38,843 nt of DNA from Octopus bimaculoides (lineage: Eukaryota): NCBI RefSeq assembly GCF_001194135.2, contig NC_068984.1:48099142-48137984 (forward strand). Direction: 5' to 3'. Both the position numbers and the translations under genes were made by a program. Positions within the stretch are counted from its first letter, which is position 1; every line of letters starts with the position of its first letter. Below, in pieces: positions 35,688-38,843 of the stretch. The notes under the pieces are model-generated. The model saw nothing but the letters and a program-made list of their open reading frames with translations. It ran no database searches and was not told the origin of the DNA.

Positions 35688-37628
35688 TCGTACATCTTTC
35701 TATAATTTCTAGTGATAAATGTCTTTATATATAATTAAAGTTATTTTGCAAAATAGAACACATCTTCATTTAAGAATAAATAATATATGTGTGTTTATCA
35801 ATCACGGAAACTACAATTGTTGGAGAAGAGCGTGTTGGGAGCGGGTGAATTGTTGGGTATATAAAACATTCATTTCGCAGAAGCGTAGAAACCATTTGTT
35901 TCTAAATATCAGTTTATATTCAGAAAAATTCTAACACATATTTCTCTGAATAGCTCTATGAGGTCTATTCTCTATCTGCTTAGTTCTTGACAGTTCATGT
36001 TGTGTGAGAATTTGAAATCGTCGTTTGTCTATAAATCTTTGTTACAAGAAAGGAAATATTTTATGTAGGAGGTCCAAAATATAAATTCCGATAATTTCAC
36101 GTAAATCAGCTTATTGTGATATCCTATTGGTATATCAATTCATTCGACGTCACCTTTTAAGCCAAAAATAAATTATCTTAAAAACAAAAGGGATTTTTCA
36201 TTAGATCAATAATGAGCTTATTGGACCCCTGAATTAGTATTACGTTTTCAACGAACGATAAGCTTTGAGAAATAGTGAAAGGTAGAAAAATCTAATTAGA
36301 GTCAACACGTATCCGAGTGGTAGATTATTGGCCGGTGATTGAGCCTCTTCATCTTGATAGGTACTGTTTAATATCGATATTGTTTGCTGTTAACACCGTC
36401 TAAGTATCCTAATACCGAAGAACTCTTATTCCATTACCAGCGAAATATTGTATGCTTTTGTTCTAACTATAGAACCATTTAGAATTTACCTTCTAATTGC
36501 ATCCTACTCATAATGGAAAGCTTAGAAATTATTTGTTTGAAATGCTAAGTTACGCTATTTGTTAAGATTTTGGCATAATTCGAATAGACTGTTGTGTCAA
36601 ATGCTTTGGTAAAATTAAATTTTACTCTGTCAAAACTTGATATAGGTTGCCATTTCTTTGTAAACTGGTAGTATGCTTGTAGAATGTTTGTATGCGAACA
36701 GGTATAATTAATGTTTTTAGCTTATTAGTCTTCTGTATATAACAGACTTTCAAAGATGTAATGTTAACTAAAAGGTTTCAGAGATGCCTAACCGAGCTGC
36801 ATTCTACTTCCCAAATATCTTTTAGTATTACCACCGCTTCCCACGTCGTACATTATTTAAAAGGTATTTAAGGCTAATAGGGGATTAGCAAAGATACCTA
36901 TGCAAGTTTTGTGGCAGGACACTTGTTTGCGTCAAAGCAGCTTGCAGTTTCAGCTATTTTTTCTCATCTTAAGTTTATATATGTTGGGTCAGAAATGAGA
37001 AACGCTTGATAAGTAGAATATGTATTGATATTGTGTGAGAAGCACTTAATTTATCTAAGGAGCATTATCGTGCAATACTCATTGACATTGGAATTTTCTG
37101 AAAAATTATACTCCTCAGAAGCATTTCAGTGAAACATCATACACTTCATCTACAAATATCACGTTCTATTTATCGAAATGATTAACAGCAATGTGATGGT
37201 TTGAAGGTCACATTATTTCTCAGTAATATTATTGTTGTCTTGTCTCGGACTCATGTGTATTTTTTGAGAAATAGTCACAGTAGTCTACTTCCAGCAGTAT
37301 AAATGTTTTTCTTTTTTCACTTCATAATAAAGATAACAATTTCAAACAAACATCAACTTATAATGATATATAAAGTAGGCCAAATAGATATTTAAGGGAA
37401 ACAGCGTGATAGAGATATTATGCATAGATATATGAATGAATAAATATATACAAATATAATGATAAAGACGTAGTCATTGTAGCTGGTAAGCAAAACTGCG
37501 TATAAGGTAAATAATATACATCAAATGTATGTTCAAAGTTAGTAGTTAGGTTATTCTCTTTAACAGATATTCACTCCCATACATATGAACACATACACGC
37601 ATATGTATATATTATACATTATATGTGT

Positions 37629-37687
<59 letters not shown>

Positions 37688-37919
37688 CATACACATATAC
37701 ACACATACAGTCTTACGCATACACACACATACATGCATACATACAAACATGCATGCATACGTATATGGGTTACTGACACAAACAACAAAACACTCGCACC
37801 AAATCTTTTGCACACATTCAAAATCATCCAACAAATGTTGTCCCATGAATTACAGAGCCAACGTAATTAATTTCATAATTATTGGTCGTAACATGCATGG
37901 GCACTCAACAAAAATATGA

Positions 37920-38300
37920 CTGTTACCGTAGCCTCCACTAAACCAAATAACATTGGTACTACCGCTACAAGTATAAAGACAACAACCGCAACAACATCGA
38001 TATCACAAATACTATCCAGATTGTTGCCGGCAACATTATTTCCGGCCCTATCACCAACAGCTACCAGCAAAAGCAGCATTACCACAATAACTATAAGTTA
38101 ACAGTAACTACTGTCAAAATCACGACCATCATCATGACTATGAATATCGCAAACTTCAACATCATAATTATCGTCAGCAGCAAGAAGTCCACTGGCACCT
38201 CTGCCATCATACAGAGCAGTAATATGACCACTCAAAACAAAGCATCGTTGGACTACCACGTCTGTATTATCTCCGTTGCCATCAGGGAGACAATAAATCA
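37920..38300. repeat. Highly degenerate A/C-rich trinucleotide (ACA/ACC/ATC) tract
   Basis: 3-bp periodicity with Thr/Ser/Ile-rich translations and no domain motif. Confidence 0.55.
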
Positions 38301-38596
38301 TATTCAGTACTCATTTCACAGCGACATAATTGTATCTGATCGATTTGTCTCCCAAATCACATAGGTCTCTCTTGTTTATACTAAATAGTTGCCATTTCCT
38401 GAGAACAACTATCGTATAATTCTCCTGCCGCTCATAGTGGGAGTTCTTATCAAAATTTACCTCACCCCTCCTGTCTAGCTGCTTATGGCGTTACAATATC
38501 CCATAATATTTCTAAACACACGCATACACGCCCCGTATAAAATTAGAGGGAGAAGGGAGAAAGAAAGGCGCACATGCAGACATGATCAAGCATTAA

Positions 38597-38627
<31 letters not shown>

Positions 38628-38805
38628 GTAAAATTTAGAGGTAATACTTGACAATTGTAAGCACCTGTGTATGTCAGCTCGTGGTTGAGGTGAAAGAATA
38701 AATTGTAAATCCAATTTAAATAAAAAAAAACATAAAAAACAGACAGAGTTGGAACTCTTTTGAATAAAATAATATATATATATATATGCATATTCATGTA
38801 TACGA

Positions 38806-38843
<38 letters not shown>

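Noticed and set aside
1291-38797. Dozens of ORFs rich in YI, MYVC, HT or CV dipeptides, or in X
   Set aside because: They are translations of (TA)n, (TATG)n and (CA)n microsatellites and N-gaps, not genes.

Overview
AT-rich, microsatellite-dense eukaryotic DNA with 8 N-gaps, most flanked by (TA)n. It is intronic or intergenic, and no host gene could be identified. The SINE families present suggest Octopus (inference from recalled repeat sequences, not a database search). The window is a patchwork of decayed mobile elements: two Penelope-like (GIY-YIG) fragments, a 5'-truncated CR1-type LINE, two R4/Dong-type LINE 3' ends, an L1/Tx1-type 3' end, two tRNA-derived SINEs, an internally deleted DD37D (maT) transposon, three copies of a mariner derivative built from two 5' ends, and an unassigned ~700-bp foldback element. 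The strongest lead is a candidate type I hammerhead ribozyme at 27418-27501, at the apparent 3' end of a Penelope-like element with a 279-codon open GIY-YIG frame. It has an unusually long stem II, and its cleavage site runs into an assembly gap. Most ORFs in the supplied track are microsatellite or gap artefacts. All family assignments are by-eye motif recognition.
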